NCBI GenBank assembly: GCA_964187785.1
Contig: OZ076409.1
Location: 34,350,001 to 34,414,000 of the forward strand
Direction: 5' to 3'
DNA: 64,000 bases
Origin: Amphiscolops sp. MND2022
Taxonomy: Eukaryota
The position numbers and the translations under genes are program-made. Shown here one piece after another: positions 14,501-29,500 of this stretch. The notes under the pieces are model-generated. The model was not told the DNA's origin. It saw only the letters and a program-made list of their open reading frames with translations, and ran no database searches. How positions within the stretch are numbered: position 1 is the stretch's first letter; every line of letters starts with the position of its first letter.

Positions 14501-17500
14501 GAAATGTACATCAACAGTTAAGTCTACTGACTCGTTCGTATTGGAGGTTAGCGATCTCTGTCTCCTGATTGGCCAGTTTGCGCTGGTTGCCCTCGTCCTT
14601 GTCCATCATGTCTTGCAACTCAGTCTGCAGACTCTTCACTTTGGCCTGCATCTTCACTCCCTCTTCGCCCTTCACCCGCGTCTGAAATTAACAAACATGG
14701 TCAGAGAGTGAAGTAATCGTTCAGAAGAAACAATATCGGAAGCCGAGCCTTCCGAACTCGATTTTGCGCAAAACCCATTCAGTATTAAACACCGTGTCAG
14801 GTCAAAATCTCTTAACTTACATTTTTTAACGGGAAAATTTTCTTGGATGAAGGTTAAATTATAGAAACTTGATGATCCACGTTCACATTGAGGAAGGCCG
14901 AACTGGATGAACTCTAGGCCCCCTAGAGGAGAAAGACTTACACCAGATTAGTTATTAGTGAAATATAACCAAACAAGTGATATTCATGATTTTTGTACAA
15001 AATAGAAAAATCCGTAGAATGAGAAAACTGAACTGTAATAGATTACAAGTTCAGAAACATGCATGTTTTAAAATGTCTCTCTGGTCAATACGAAAAATTG
15101 GCCCCTTCGAAACAAATCCAAGAAATTGTCAAGAAGTGCCTCTGTTGTTTCTACAAAAGTAGAAATTAAAATCTTATTTAAAAAACTTCCAGAAGTAAAT
15201 CTTATAAATTCAGACAAAAAACTCAGAAAGTTTCAATAAAAGCATCGAACTTCCGAAGGATTCACTTTGTTACTGAAGCTTTGGCAGAAATATTGATAAG
15301 ATGAGAAAATTCAAGACTGATGGAAATTTTCAGCTCTTTGCGACACAAACAAAGTGAAAAGGTGAGATGGCCAGCCAATCAAGCAAATATTGTGAACACT
15401 TACTTCTTCCTCGAGAGTGCTTCCCTTCTCCTCGGCAGCATCCAGATCACTCTTGAGTCTCAGGATGGCCTGGTCCCTCTGAGCAAGTTCGTTCTGACTG
15501 TTCCTGTACCTCTCCAACGCCATTGACAGATCCAACTCCAGCTTATGAACCTGAAAGGACTCTTCAATCTGCATTTATATGCAGCCCGAAAACACGAGCC
15601 ATTGCTCAAGAAGGAGTCAATGGAAGAAACTATGAGAGAACATCATTGAAGAGCTTTGAATTACTTGAACTTAGGGTTTTAAAACTTTTAACCGGAAGAA
15701 TACTCATTAATAGTTTGACCGGAACGATTTCTCATTTAGGTACTATTATATTTATAAACGTGTTTCGTCAGATGTTTTGGTCACGGGGCCAAATTTTAGC
15801 GCCTAGAATTGGTATCTTTACGCTCAAAGGGGGAAATTTCCAAGGAAAAACAAAGTTAACAGAACTTTCTTTGTGACTGCTTAGACAATTTTTCTTTTTA
15901 CCCTACTATGCTTTCTGGTGACTTGTAACGTTTTCCTGAGAATATGAGTTTATTAGACTGCGTTCGGTTAACCGTTTAACCGGTTGATTTTGTTTCGGTT
16001 AACCAGTTTCGAACATTTCAACCCCGCGTCAAGCTCGACTTGAACTATTGTGAAGCCTCCAAGTTAATAAATGCAAAGAAAGCACTAAAGTTCTACACTG
16101 TTCCAGCATTGAAACATTAGTGTTTATGGACTTTGAATTACACTTGGCATTGATTTAAACATCTTGCACGTCTTAAACAATTTTCCGAAGTTCTGATAAA
16201 TAGGTTGTATCATGATCTTACCTGTTCAGCCATGTTGAGCATTCGTTCAGCATCGTTCGTGGTCTGTTCGTGCAGTTGGTTGTTGTTCTTCCTCAGTTGG
16301 TTGATCATGTCTTCTTGTCTGATCACCTGAAGAAGAAAATCGTGAATTCCAGATATTAGATTGAACTTCGAAGGGATCAAAAATTTTTATTAGATGAAGC
16401 TACGCGTGTAAAAAAAACAAGCATGAACAAATGGTGAGAAAACAAAATGCTACCATGAACATTCGCCCCAGAACAAGAACTCCTCCGAAAAAAAGTCCAC
16501 CAGTTTCTTGAAATTTCAAAACATTGATAGAGATAAAATTGCTCGAGCAATTTTCAATAACATTCGATTTGTTCTTACGAAACAGAAAAGTAAACATTCT
16601 TTCACACAGGATTATACGAAAACAAAAACAAATATGCGATTGTTGGGTCCAATATTAAGAGAAAATTGCCGTGAAACGACATGGGAATGGCAGTGAATGA
16701 GTTTCTGAAATGGGAAAATCCAAAGATACTTTCAAAGTTTCAAGCACTATATATTGAAAGAAGTGAAAACATTTATCTACAAAAGGAAATCGATGAGTCT
16801 GAAACGCTCTAAAATCGACGCCTTTACCTCCAAGTGCAGATTGTGGTACTGAAATATAAAAGAAATTATGATCCGTTAGTTCATTTTCACTACAGTTTTT
16901 AATCGGCGTTTTCGAAGAAAATCCCGACTCTTACAGTGGCTAGTTTTTTTTCGTCAGTTCAACGCGATCTGTCCACTTTTTTGTTCATTTGTTCAACATC
17001 ATCAACTTGAACTACGGACGTCCAAAGCATACTCGAAACGCCAGAACTTCGTCCACAACAAAAACATCGATGTCCAGAACATCGATAACATAGGATCCCC
17101 CCCTCGTTTTTTCACTCGTATTTTTTCGGCACTATGCGACTTTTTTTGAAGCTTTTTGGATTCCACAAAAGGGTCTCCCCTTCAACTTTTTTATATTTTG
17201 CAACACAATGGATGTCAAAAAATCCCAAAGGGTCCCCCCTTTTACATTTTTCGGCACTGTGACATTGTTCAAAAATCTCATTTTTAAAATTCTTTTTCGG
17301 AAATTTTTTTAAAAATCTCCCAATGGTCCCCCTTTAATTTATTTCCTATTTTGCAACTAACTGGAGTTTCACAAAGCCCAAAGGGTCCCCCCTTTTACAA
17401 TTTTGAGCCTTAGATATAGCGCCGACTTTGGCCGTTCCCGGCTTGTTATCCAATGACCATCCACCTACTGCTTCTGATGAGCAATTGACTCATCATAGAC

Positions 17501-20500
17501 GTCAACTTGAAAAATTTATTTACATTCATCAAAACCAGACTTCAATGTGTTTCAAGAAAATTCAGCTATGCTTATGATGGAGAGTATAGGACCTATCAAG
17601 GCAAAATTGATATCAATAAATGGTAGAAATGAGTCAATCATATAACAAGCCGGGACCGGCCCAAGTCGGCGCCATATCTAAGGCTCAACAAGACGGGAAC
17701 GTCTAAAGTCGGCGCTATATCTAAGGCTCAAAAAGCTCAGTTTTCTAAATATGCCCAGGATGTATTCATGAAAAGCTTTGAAAACACTTTCGAGACACCC
17801 AAAGTGTGCCTTTCATGCTCGATATGACTGGAAAATCACTTTTCTCGACTGGAAACAAAAAAATTTTTGAATTTTTTTTTGAAAAAAACTTCGAAAACGT
17901 CGCATAGTGCCGAAAAATGAAAAGGGGGGACCCTTTGGGATTCAATAACATACTTTCTGTTGCAAAATATCAAAAAATCCGAAGGGGGGACTCTTTTGAA
18001 AAATTAAAAATTTCCGAAAAAAAAAATTCGCACAGTGCCGAAAAAAAATTGAAAGGGGGGACCCTTTGGAGTCTTCCGGTTTTGTAGGTTACGTAAAAAA
18101 GGTAAAAAACGAAAGGGGGGACCCTTTGCAGTAAGTTTGCATTGGTGGAACTTGGCCTGAGTGAACTTATCAGTTTCTGTAAAAAGTGGTACATACGCGA
18201 TGAGCTCTGTGGTCTGACGAAAAAAAAAAAAAACTAGCCACTGTAATAGCCGGGCTTTTTTCCTTAAAGGAAAATGCGCCGACTAAAAATAGCAAAAGTA
18301 TTTCAAAATGTCAAAGTATTGGTGAATCCTTTTATGAAAAAATTCTCACAATGCCGAAAAAAACTGAAAGGGGGCCCTTTGGTCTTGTCCGGTATTGTAT
18401 GTTACACTGGAAACTTTTTTGGTTCAGTTCCTTGGGCCAACGGGTACAATTTGGCGTCTTCTTAAAATTTTGTAAAAAATTTTGGGGTAGAACTATTTTG
18501 GTCACGTCAGGTGTATCGAAATTTTTTTTAAAACACTGACGAAAGCCATAACAATAGTCGACTCTTTTCTCTAGGAAAGCGCTGACTAAAAAGCATATTT
18601 CAGTTTCGAAATTTTGGACAACTAGCTTTCCGATTCTGTCATTTTTGGACTCTAAGTATGCAAGACAATATTAGATTTTTACTCAAGGAAATAATGTAAA
18701 TTCAAAACATTTTTGCAAATAAATCTAAAGATGTTCAAAAAGAATCGCTGGAGATTGATGAAAATTAGACGCAGCATTTTTGATTATTAATTTGTCATAA
18801 ATTCGCTTCTTAACGTATAAGCTGTTTTTATTGTGAAATGGAAAGGACTCTGACCTCGTTGTAACACTGGCTGTACTGTTGCTGGGCCTCAAACAGATCA
18901 TCTCTTAGTTTGTGGATCTGTGCGTCCTTCTTCTTGGTACTTTCTTCATTCTGTTTCTTGCTGTGAGCCGAGTTGCTTCTGTTCGACTCCAGTTCTTTCT
19001 CCAAAACCGTGATTTGATTGTTCTTCTGTTCGACCTTCAGTATCAAAAATGAACTTTATAATCAACTAACCGAATTTGGAAAAGATACATAGAAACGATG
19101 CAGTGGAAGTACAAAAATCATAAAAGTCTTTTTAGATGGTTTTAGATGATTAACAACTCTTGAATATTTACCATTGAGGTAGAGTCGTGAAGTTTGTTTT
19201 TGAGTTTGTTGATTTCCAGAGTGCAATGACCGATACTCTCGTCCCTATGACTCAGTTTGTCCATGGCCTCTCTGTACTGCTCCCTCAGGGTGTCGATGTC
19301 ACACTTCAACTGGCTGATCAACTCGTCTCGCATGCAAACCTGTCCCAACATTGAAAACATTGGAGAAACATCGATATCTCATACCTAACTTCACTTAACA
19401 CTTAATGACATCATGTCCGCTCACGTTTTCCCATTGCAATGCGTAACATTTTCCACAAATTTTCAACTTTGTCAGGCCATTTCGTGGATAGTAAAATTGC
19501 AGAAACACTTAAATTTCTGCTGCCTTTTCAACACTTTTTTCAACACTTCTGTGGTTCGATGGGAAACTGAATAATCTGATTTAATATAATTACATTTGTA
19601 TATCCAAAAAAAACTTTAAAATGTGGTCGATGTATATGTGAAGTATATAAGTCAGTAAAGTGAAATGAGAAGTTGTAAACTCAATACTACATGAAGTTTG
19701 AGAAGTTTCACGTAATTTATGCGAACCGTGTTTTCAGCAGTCGAGCATTTTGACTTCAGCTCTCTCAGCTCTCCCGACAGTTGACTCGCGGTGTCCTCGC
19801 ATCTTCTCAACTAAAAAAACAGTAAAACACATTTTAAGGCATTTTAGCTCCTCAATTGTTATTCCGTTTATGGTGACAACATGAAACTAACCTCTTCCTC
19901 AGTCTTGTGCAGATTCATGCGGGTATCCTCAAGTTGTCGCTCAACTGAATGCACGCTATCTTCCTTGTTACGTAACTCTGACTTGCGCATTCCGATCTCG
20001 TAATTCAGCTGGTCAATGTTCTGCTCCAGATGATTGATTTTCTCTTCCATTCTCTTGGCCCTGTCAAAATCACACATTAAGCTTTCTCATCATCAGGCTT
20101 ATAATTTTTGAGCCAAATTATTGGAACGGCTTCTCAAATTTCTTTATTGTTTAAAAAGCTCAACTTGTCAACGGTTTCCATACGAATAAAGACAGTATTT
20201 CGAAGTTATTTGCTCTGGCACCAAAAAGCTATTGGAATAACGACCCAATAACGGTATGCAACTGCATTTTACAGGCTGTTCCCGATGATCCACCAAAGTA
20301 TCCACAGCTGCTTCAGTGTCAATCGGTAGTTCGCCATTAGAAACAGTCAATGTTTAATGCAAAATAATGTAAAACTGAAACTAGAACTTGCAGTCTGCTG
20401 CTTTACAGCCCAGAATTTACCAGTCGAATCGAGTCGCGTCTGAATAGTTCGCAAAAACACTAAATCCATTTTGTTTTACGTTGGATAAGAAGTGCTTATG

Positions 20501-23500
20501 AAATGATCAAAATAACCCTAGTTTACAGATAAAGTATAAGAATTCTTATACTTTAAAGATTGTTTTTTGTTTAATCACCATTTGACAAACGAAAACCATT
20601 TATCATGATTGGAACCCATCATAAATTGATAGGTAACATTACGGCACCATACCGGTATGGGGTACTGGTTTTATACTGATATTAGGTCAACGGTGGGCCG
20701 TTGAAATGATGACGTAACAAGAGAGCAATGGTACCTGGTTCTCCACTCGTCGACTTCGATGTTGAGTTTCTCCACAGTCTCGTCTTTCTTGGCGATCTGT
20801 TCTTGCAACACAGAAGTGTCACTGCTCTGGGTGATCTTCATGGCCTGCATCTTGGCCTCCAGTCGCCCGTTCTCCTCCACCGCCAGCTTGTACTGCTTGC
20901 GCGCAGCCTCCAAATCAGTCTCCTGCTGCCTCAGCTCGCTTTGCTTACGTAATAACTGAACACACAAAACAACAGTTGCAGTCAAGCCACAAAGTTCATG
21001 GACTTCTTGATTCCTTGAAGGTGCACCATGGATAAGAAAAATTCACTGATTTGCGAATGGTGAATATTTCAAATGCAGGCAAAAATTCAAACTTTTGCAG
21101 GATAAGAAATAATGGCTTTGATAAACAATATTCCGTTCTGCTCGATTGTGAAGCAGTTAGAAAAATAATTTCCGACTCAAAACATCCATCAATTCTTTCT
21201 CATCTGAACATTGCGTTCTCAATAGAAACAGATTGCAAACAGATGCATGAGTATGTTTATGCTATTTATGAACTTCAAGATAACAAAATGTCAACTGCGC
21301 TAAATAAAGTTATACAAAGAAAGATTTTTCAAAGTTTAAGCTTGTGCTGAGATTATTCAGTATTCATATCCCCAAAGAGGTACGAACGGCTATCGGATAG
21401 ATTTTCCTTCAGTCAAAAAGTTATTATTTAGAAGTTGCTTTTTGACAATATCCTCTGGTACATACTCAAACTTTTCTACGTACCTTCTATGGATAAAAAC
21501 TTGACTCTAGGGTGACGTAATTCGGAGAAAAAAGTAACAACGAATCTGAATAAACTTCACATCAATTGAGCAAAAAAACTTCAATGTATCCGCAAAATCA
21601 AATTCCCTTGCTGAAGAACAGCTCAGCAGTGAGTTTATATGACTGCAGATGACACTGCTGGTGCGACAGTGCAGCAGAGAAAGAATATGTTTTGGGATAA
21701 ATTAAAAATTAATAAGTTGATTGAGTCACCGAGCAGAGCGGCTACGGTGCAGTGCAAGTATATTACACTGTCTCCTATCTATCATACTTTTTAAATGAAG
21801 AGGGAAGCAAAAAACGAGTAGAGTGCAGGTAAGCCATTTTGGCTGCTTCCTCCTATGAATAAAAATACAGGTGCTCAGTTTTCCCTTTTCGTGTTAATAG
21901 ACAATGAGTTTGTGAAAAGATTAAAAACTAATTCCTTTGTAGAAAACAGAATGAACAACAATAAACTTAGTGAACGAACGAATAGCTGAATCGAAAAAAT
22001 TTTGAAGTTCAAACAGCTACGTATCAGCATTTTAAAGTACACTTTAGGAAGTATATATATTATTTTTATATAATATATACTTGTTTAGAACGCGCTCATT
22101 AAAATGATAGGGATAGAAAATCAATCAAAAATATCGTTGGCCAGTTTTTCATTCAATAACAGAGAAGTTTCACCAACAACTAGTTTTTTGAGTGTTTTTT
22201 AAAAATATTTTAAAAACTGTATCGGCGCTGTAACAATACAAGCAATAAAACTTCAGAAATACGTGTTAGCAGTACAAACCAATTTATCAAACTTTGTAAT
22301 GACCCAAACTCCCTAATATATGGGAGTAATGTTGCGGCGAGCAATAAATAGACTTCTGCGAAGGTCAGAAAAACCATAAAGCCAACAAATAATGAAGTTC
22401 TGCCAACTAACGTCATCCTGAATTCTTCTGGACTCCTCTTGGGCAGACAGAAGTTGCAGTTCCAGGTTCTGGATGCTCCTTTCTCTTCTAGTGATTTCTT
22501 CCATGTACTCCTTATGGCTGGAGTCCAGAGCAGCCAGGGATTCTTCCCTATTGGCCAGCTGAAACATGACGTCACGATGACGCTATTTGATTCAAAGTTG
22601 AATCGCAATATGTAGAAATGAGGCCCCATGTCGCGACAAGAAACTAAATGATTGATGTCTGATATGATAAAAAGTCATGAAATATTATTGCCAATGAACA
22701 ATAAGTAATTTGCCGCAGAAGATGTAACAGTTAAGCCTTTACTTTAAGTGAGGCGGCAATGCCCAGCAATTCGCAAATTGAAAAATGTCTCAAAATGAAA
22801 AACGTCTGCGAACAAAAAACTGAAAAAAAAATCAGAACAAAAAAACGAGTATCAAGTTTTTCATCCTCAAGCGGCCATGTGAGGGCGTGAACTACAAACA
22901 GGTCAAATACCATGATTTCGACATCATATTTCTGAGCTTTCAATTTTTGGTCCAATTAATTTTGGGATGCAATCTTTTATCAAAAATTTCAGACGTAATT
23001 ACTTCTTGTTCAAGTGTTGAAAATTTTGGTCCCTCTCGAGAAACAAAGTTTATAATCTCAGATTTGGATAAATTCAGTGAATCCCATTCGGTTCGTATTT
23101 TTGCAAACTCCAAAAATGTCGTATAGTTTTGAGAAAACTTCGTTACTTGAATAAAGGATAATAATCTTCAACTCTCGAACGAGAAGTAATGCTTCACTAA
23201 AAGTAAGGTAAAAAATGAATTTTGCATTCACTTTTTCGAGAGGTCGCTAATTGTTAAATAATTCCATCTCGTCTAGATATTAAGAGAGCCAGAGAAGTAA
23301 AAGTGTCTCCACTAGCTGCTAAAAGTATAAGAAAAGCTAATACTGTCTGCGGTACAATATTCAAGCTAACAAAGGAATATTCAAAAAAGTTACTCAATTT
23401 TTGCAGAAAAACAATTGGTATCTCCTTCCTTATACATAAACTCATCTCTTATATTTCCCAGCTGTTACAGATCATCAGAGTTTTGCGTTCAACATTTCCA

Positions 23501-26500
23501 AAGTACAGCATCATTTTCAAAATATTTAAACTGTACTAATATGGAATTCGATTGTTGTGGGAAAAAATCTCAATTTTACAGTGCCAAAAAAACACGACGG
23601 GTAACTTTTAGGGTTTAAAAGCGCTTCTTTCTCATTAAAAACATTTTAAAAATGAAGCGTGGACTTTTCTGTGGGATTCAAAATTCACCGCAAAAGTCGC
23701 ATAGTGCCGAAAAAAACAGCGAGACATTCTATCGTGAAAAATTTTCTTAATACCTAAAATTATTGAAAAGCCAAAAGGGAAATGCCCTTTTGGGAAATGT
23801 AAAATTTTTTCGAAAAAAAAGATGCACAGTGCCGAAGCAAAAAAATAAAGAGGGAACGTTTGACATAGTTTAGCTTCGCAAATTTAAAAACTTACGGGAT
23901 TCGAACCCAGGATCTCCTGCTCGTGAGGCATGCATTGTAAGCATTTGGTTAAGTGGCGGGACAACAAAGAAAAATTTACAGAATCAGTTTAAAAATCTGT
24001 CAGTTCGAGCGGTCTCCAAAAAGCTACTACTTTATTAGGGGGTTTGTATCGAACGTTGACTAAAATTATCAAAGTCACAGTTGGCGCTCAGCTGAAACTC
24101 ATATTAGAAGAAGACAGACACAAAACAACAAACAACGGAATCATTAAAGTTTTAGACCTAAAACTTCATACCTTTTTGATTAAGCTGGTAACTCTGTTTT
24201 TCAGTCAGTTACATTTTGACTTTCAAGATCGACTATTTTACTTCAGGAAAAAACCACTAGTAATTGAATGAACCACGGCACACAAAATCCCGTATAATGG
24301 AGTTAGTAGTACAACAAGAAATGTACGGAAAGATCTAAATACTATGACAGGAAACAGCTGCAAAAGGTTGCCAACTTCAGCATCCAATATCTCAAAATCT
24401 ATTTCAAATGGGCAATTCCGTTACAAATGAAGTTTTTATAAAAGTGGACAAAATTATTACGGACGCTATAGATGAGTCTTTCTAGACTGGTTATCTTCGA
24501 AATTGACCTTATTCGGACTGTCTCATAGACTTTTCCGTTGAATTGTATGCTTAGGTAAAACTATGGCAACAGGGGCAAGATTCCATTTGCAAAATGTTTT
24601 TTCCTATTACCAAATTTAATTTGCAATTGGTTTGAGATTTTTCTTTTCGCAAAATTATAACTTATATGCAAGTTTTGTCATCAGTGAAATCATAAGGTAT
24701 CATTAGTCTTTGAACATTCTGATGAACTTTTGATGAAAAAGTTTTCTCTGGAAAACAGGAAAACAGCCGAAACCTGAAAAACCTAATTGAATGTGATTTC
24801 CGGTCTGGCATGAGCCAAAAGCACATCAACGCGAGAATTTGAAAAAATCAATCAGTGGCTGAGAAGCGGCTCTTGAGAATCCCAACACTCCTAAACTCCG
24901 TTTTCTCAAAACACTTGTATACTGCCTGTTTATACTGTAGCGATTTTATCAAATTACGGAAGAGAAAATCAACTTTGAATCACAATCTTGAAAACTTACT
25001 GCATATCACCTCATTTTATTTGTTTACATATAGCTATTAGCTAAATTTAAAATTCAAAACAACTTCTTAAAACATGCCATACCAAAAAAGTTTGTTTTCA
25101 AAACGCAACCTTCATAAAATGTCAGATCCGTTTCGAAATTAAATCAGTCACTACAGTAGATTCATCTCGATTGCAGGATAAAAGTTAGATTAAAATGACA
25201 TTATGACAACTTGTACAGTTTTTTGCATAAATTTGAGAAAAAATATTCTTTTAAACATAGTATTAATTCAAATAGACGGCATTTTTGTAGACCATTGCAA
25301 AAAGCGAAAATACGGCGTCTACCTGATGGTGGCTTATTTTCGAATGAATACGGTAGGTAAAAATTCCCTTTTTACGACTTTGTAAACATTTTGTGATTTC
25401 GGTACTTGAATTTAAGATTTGCTTTATAAAGCTTGTTTAACACAGAGGCGAAGCCGTGCTTCGCAAACACTTGCAAACTTTTGAAGAAAACCAAATAAGC
25501 CAAATAAGCAATATCATAAGGAGAACCAAGGGTAAACGGACATTGAAATTTTTACAATATACAGCGCCAAAAAATACCCGAAAGGATACGTATAAGTCTC
25601 GAAAACCATTCTTCTCCAACTGAAAACAGCAAAAAAACATCTTTCTCAACGAAAAACCTTTAAAAAACAGAAAATTGAGAAAAAAAGTTTGAAATTTTTC
25701 GAAAATATTTCTGATGGTCTCCGGTAAGTCGCATAGTGCCGAAAACCTTGAGGAGTCCTTAACTCTCGCAAAACGTTTCGTTTCTGGCAAAAATTGAGGA
25801 GGGGCTTCGGTGAAACAAATTTTTAAAAAAGTCGCATAGAAAAAACACCGGTCTTTTAAAACAACAAAAATCGGATATAGCGTGCCGGACCTGAGAAAAC
25901 CTAATTTTAACACGAAAATTATTCCTTTTGAAAAATGTCACAATGTCGGAAACTGTGAAAGAGGGGACCCTTTGAGATTTTTGAACATCCATTCTGTTGC
26001 AAAATTTCAAAAAATTGTAGGGGGGCTCTTTGGAGTCTTTAATAAAAAATTTTCGAAAGAAAAAAACAAAAAATGAGAAGTCTCATAGTGCCGAAAAATC
26101 TGAAAAAAGGGACCCTTTGGAATTTTTTAACATTCGTTCTGTTGCAAGATATCAAACAAAGAGAAGGATGGACCCTTTGTAGACATTTAAAATTTTTGAA
26201 AAAAAATACCAAAAAGGAGAAAGGGAGTCTTTAAAAAATTTTCGAAAAAAAAACAAAAAATGAGAATTTTGAACAGTCTCATAGTGCCGAAAATTCTGAA
26301 AAGGGACCCTTTGGGATTTTTACCATTCGTTCTGTTGCAAAGTATCAAACAATTGAAAGGAGGACTCTTTGGGGACATTAAAAAAATTTCGAAAAAAAGT
26401 CTCACAAAGCCGAAAAGTCTCATAGTGCCGAAAAAAGTGAGAACCTACTGCTTCAGAATACTTGTCAAAAAATAAGCGCATACCCACGGGTTCGAACACG

Positions 26501-29500
26501 AAACCTCTGGGTTGAAAAGCAAGCATCTTACCACCAGACCACGAACGCGTGAAATCTGTGACTTGCCGCGTGAAATGAGAGAGTTGTCGGAAAGAAAGCA
26601 CCCGCACTTTCCCATAAAACTTGCTTATCGCAAGTGTAATAATCATGTTTGTATTTGTGGTCAAGTGTAGAAACATTAGATTTGTTAGTCTTTGAACATT
26701 TTAGAACATTACGATCACAGGAAAACAATAGGTGGTTGTTCAGAGTATTAGATCCTAAAGTCTCTCCAGGAGCAACTATTATAGTGGTTTTTCGTCGTGT
26801 TTGTTTTTCAATCGGGTCGAAGTGGCCATAAAAATTCTACACAACGTCAAATTGACTGAAAATCTACCCATTCATATTTTGGCATACATACTCGGATTGA
26901 AAAAGAATTCGAGTGTTAATTTCCGGAACTGTGTCACTTTTTCGGGAAAATATTCATTTCACAAAAAAGTTTTTTGATTTTTTGGATAGAAAAAAGCAGA
27001 GAAAAGCTTTTTAAGCCCAAAGGGTCCCCTCTTGAAGTTTTTCGGCAATATGAGAATATCAGATGAATTTTTCACAAACGATTCATTGACGATGCTTTGA
27101 AGACCTTCTGCTCTTTTTGAGCCTCAAGCGGGACGCAGATTCATGCATTATATTTTATAGCAAAGTAAAAACTGAAGAAAACAAAAAGCAATGAAAACGC
27201 GAATGCCCGATTTTCTGTCTATGTGAGACAAAATACGTGAGATTTACGGAAAAATTGCCAAGTTTGATCAAATCCCATTTTTAGTCGGCGCCTTTTACCT
27301 TAAGGAAAAAAAACCAGATTACAGTGGGTAGTTTTTAGTCGGCGCTTTTCTAGCGAAAAGAGCCCGACTATTACAGTGTCTAGTTTTTTTTGTCAGACTA
27401 CAATCTCACTCTGATTGGTCCACTCTTCTTACAATAGAAACTACTAAAACTACTAAGGCCATAAGGCCAAGTCCGGTCAGCGGAAATTAGTGCAAAAGGG
27501 TCCCCCTTTCATTTGTTACTTTTTTAACGTAACCTACAAAACCGGACGAGACTAAAGGGTCCCCTTTCGGTTTTTTCGGCATTGTGCGACTTTTTTCGAA
27601 AATTTTTTAATGTCTCAAAAGAGTCTCCTTTCGAGTTTTTTGATATTTTGCAACAGAATATATGTTAATAAAGCCCAAAGGGTCCCCCCTTTTACATTTT
27701 TCGGCACTATGCGACATTTTCCGAAAGAAAAAAATTTCAAAAATTTCAAAATTTTTTCAAAAAAAAATGTTTTGCGCTTTTTGAGCCTTAGATATAGCGC
27801 CGACTTTAGACGTTCCCGTCTTGTTTTTCTTTTTCAGCCTACAATCTCACTCTGAATGGTCCACTTTTTTACAATCTTTTGTTCAGTTGTTCAACTAAAT
27901 TTCTGAGAAGCAGGAGATCGTGGGTCCGATTCTCGCACTAAACCACAAATTTTTTTATGCTTCCAAAAGTAGAGGCGAGACGAAAGGGTCCCCCTTTGGG
28001 TTTTTTCTGCACTGTGCGACTTTTTTTTCGAAAAATTTCGAATTCTATCAAAGGGTATCTCCTTGCATTTTTTTGAAATTTTCGGTTTGTAAAAACGTTT
28101 AATGAGACTAAATGGCCTCTTTTTGAGTTTTTCGGCATTGTGAGACTTTTTTTTTAAAAAAACTTTTTTGAAAAAAAAATTTCTTCCAAATGTTTCCAAT
28201 AGTTGTTCCTTGAATATTTTTGAGCCTTAGATATGGTGCCGACTTGGGACGTTCCCATCTTGTTTGAGGTTTTTGTAATGAAAAATTCTTCACTATTACA
28301 GTGAGTAGTTTTTCTCCAGCCCACAGAGTTCCACTAATTGGTCCAGTTTTAAAGGACTACTATCAAGTTTTAGCAACAAAATAATTTCAGAGCTCGCGGG
28401 TAGCCAATAAACTTGGGTCACCTATAAACCAGGAAAACGCTCACAACTTGTATAAAACTTCAAAAATGATGAAAACATCATTTTTGCTCATTTTGGCATT
28501 TTTCATTTTAGGCTTTTTCAAAACAAAATCCAATTTTTTCAGAGCACATGTCAAGGAGCACTTCTTTTTACTAGGATACTCATTCTTATGACAACGCCAT
28601 TTAGTCGCTTTTCATTTTTTGACGCTTATTCCAGAAAAGTTCCCAGATCTTCATAAAAAAAATATTCGAAGTAATTAATTTCTTTACAAACCTCGAAAAG
28701 ATTGCACCCTTTCGGAAGTTTGTCGCCGTATGAGATTTATCATGTTATCACCTAATACGATCTTTTTAGTTGCTCTTAAACCGGATTTTCTTCATCCAAA
28801 TATTTTGTTGAATGCTGGCAAAAAATACTGGTCACTGAGTTTGATATTTTAACCATACTTTTGATAGAGCTGTAACAGAGGATTTTACCAGGGAAGTTCA
28901 TCGCAGTTCTGAGATTGAGGTGTAATTTTATTCTGATGCATTTCCTATTGCATTCAATGCAAATTCGACCGCAAAAAATGTTTTTCCACGCAGAAGTCCT
29001 CACAATTAGGCTCAATGTATGATGCTATCTATCTATCCTTAAGTAATAAACTTCAGTGACGGGACTGTGGCCAAAAATGAATTTCAGCATAATAATTACA
29101 TAAAGAAACCTTCCTAGCAAAGATAACGATGCCATAAAATTTTTTGAAACGTTTTGCGGTTACTACATTGTGCAAGATTTGATCATTATTAAATCATGAA
29201 AGATCAAGTTTCACACCTCGAAGTAGAAATATGAAATAACACCAAGTAGATCTTTTTCTTGGACGACATCGACACATGTGGCGCGAAGATTTTCAAGAAA
29301 AATTTATGTCCACTTTTGTTTCCTACCACTCCAGGTCATCAGTTAATAAAGGTTAGAATTTTGCTGGTATCTTTTCTGATTTGACGTCTGATCAGGTGTA
29401 TAAGAAATATCAGTTTTGATGCAAGTTAAGTTTACCTTTGCTTTGTAGGGAACATCGAAAGACACCTGGCTTTTGACCCTAGTTGGACTAATAGCAGTGC

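Noticed and set aside
17766..18539. F/K-rich ORFs here and at 25.4-28.3, 32.7-33.4, 50.2-53.0 and 58.9-59.7 kb
   Set aside because: Chance frames through the A/T-run-rich HINE repeats; the same pseudo-peptides recur with shifting frames.
22887..23618. Cluster of short ORFs that might be a decayed LINE RT
   Set aside because: No diagnostic RT motif could be identified with confidence.
25900..26430. Regularly recurring gtgccgaaaa / gggaccctttg motifs resembling a CRISPR array
   Set aside because: Eukaryotic intron context, the spacers are themselves homologous, and there are no cas genes; these are internal tandem units of a transposon.
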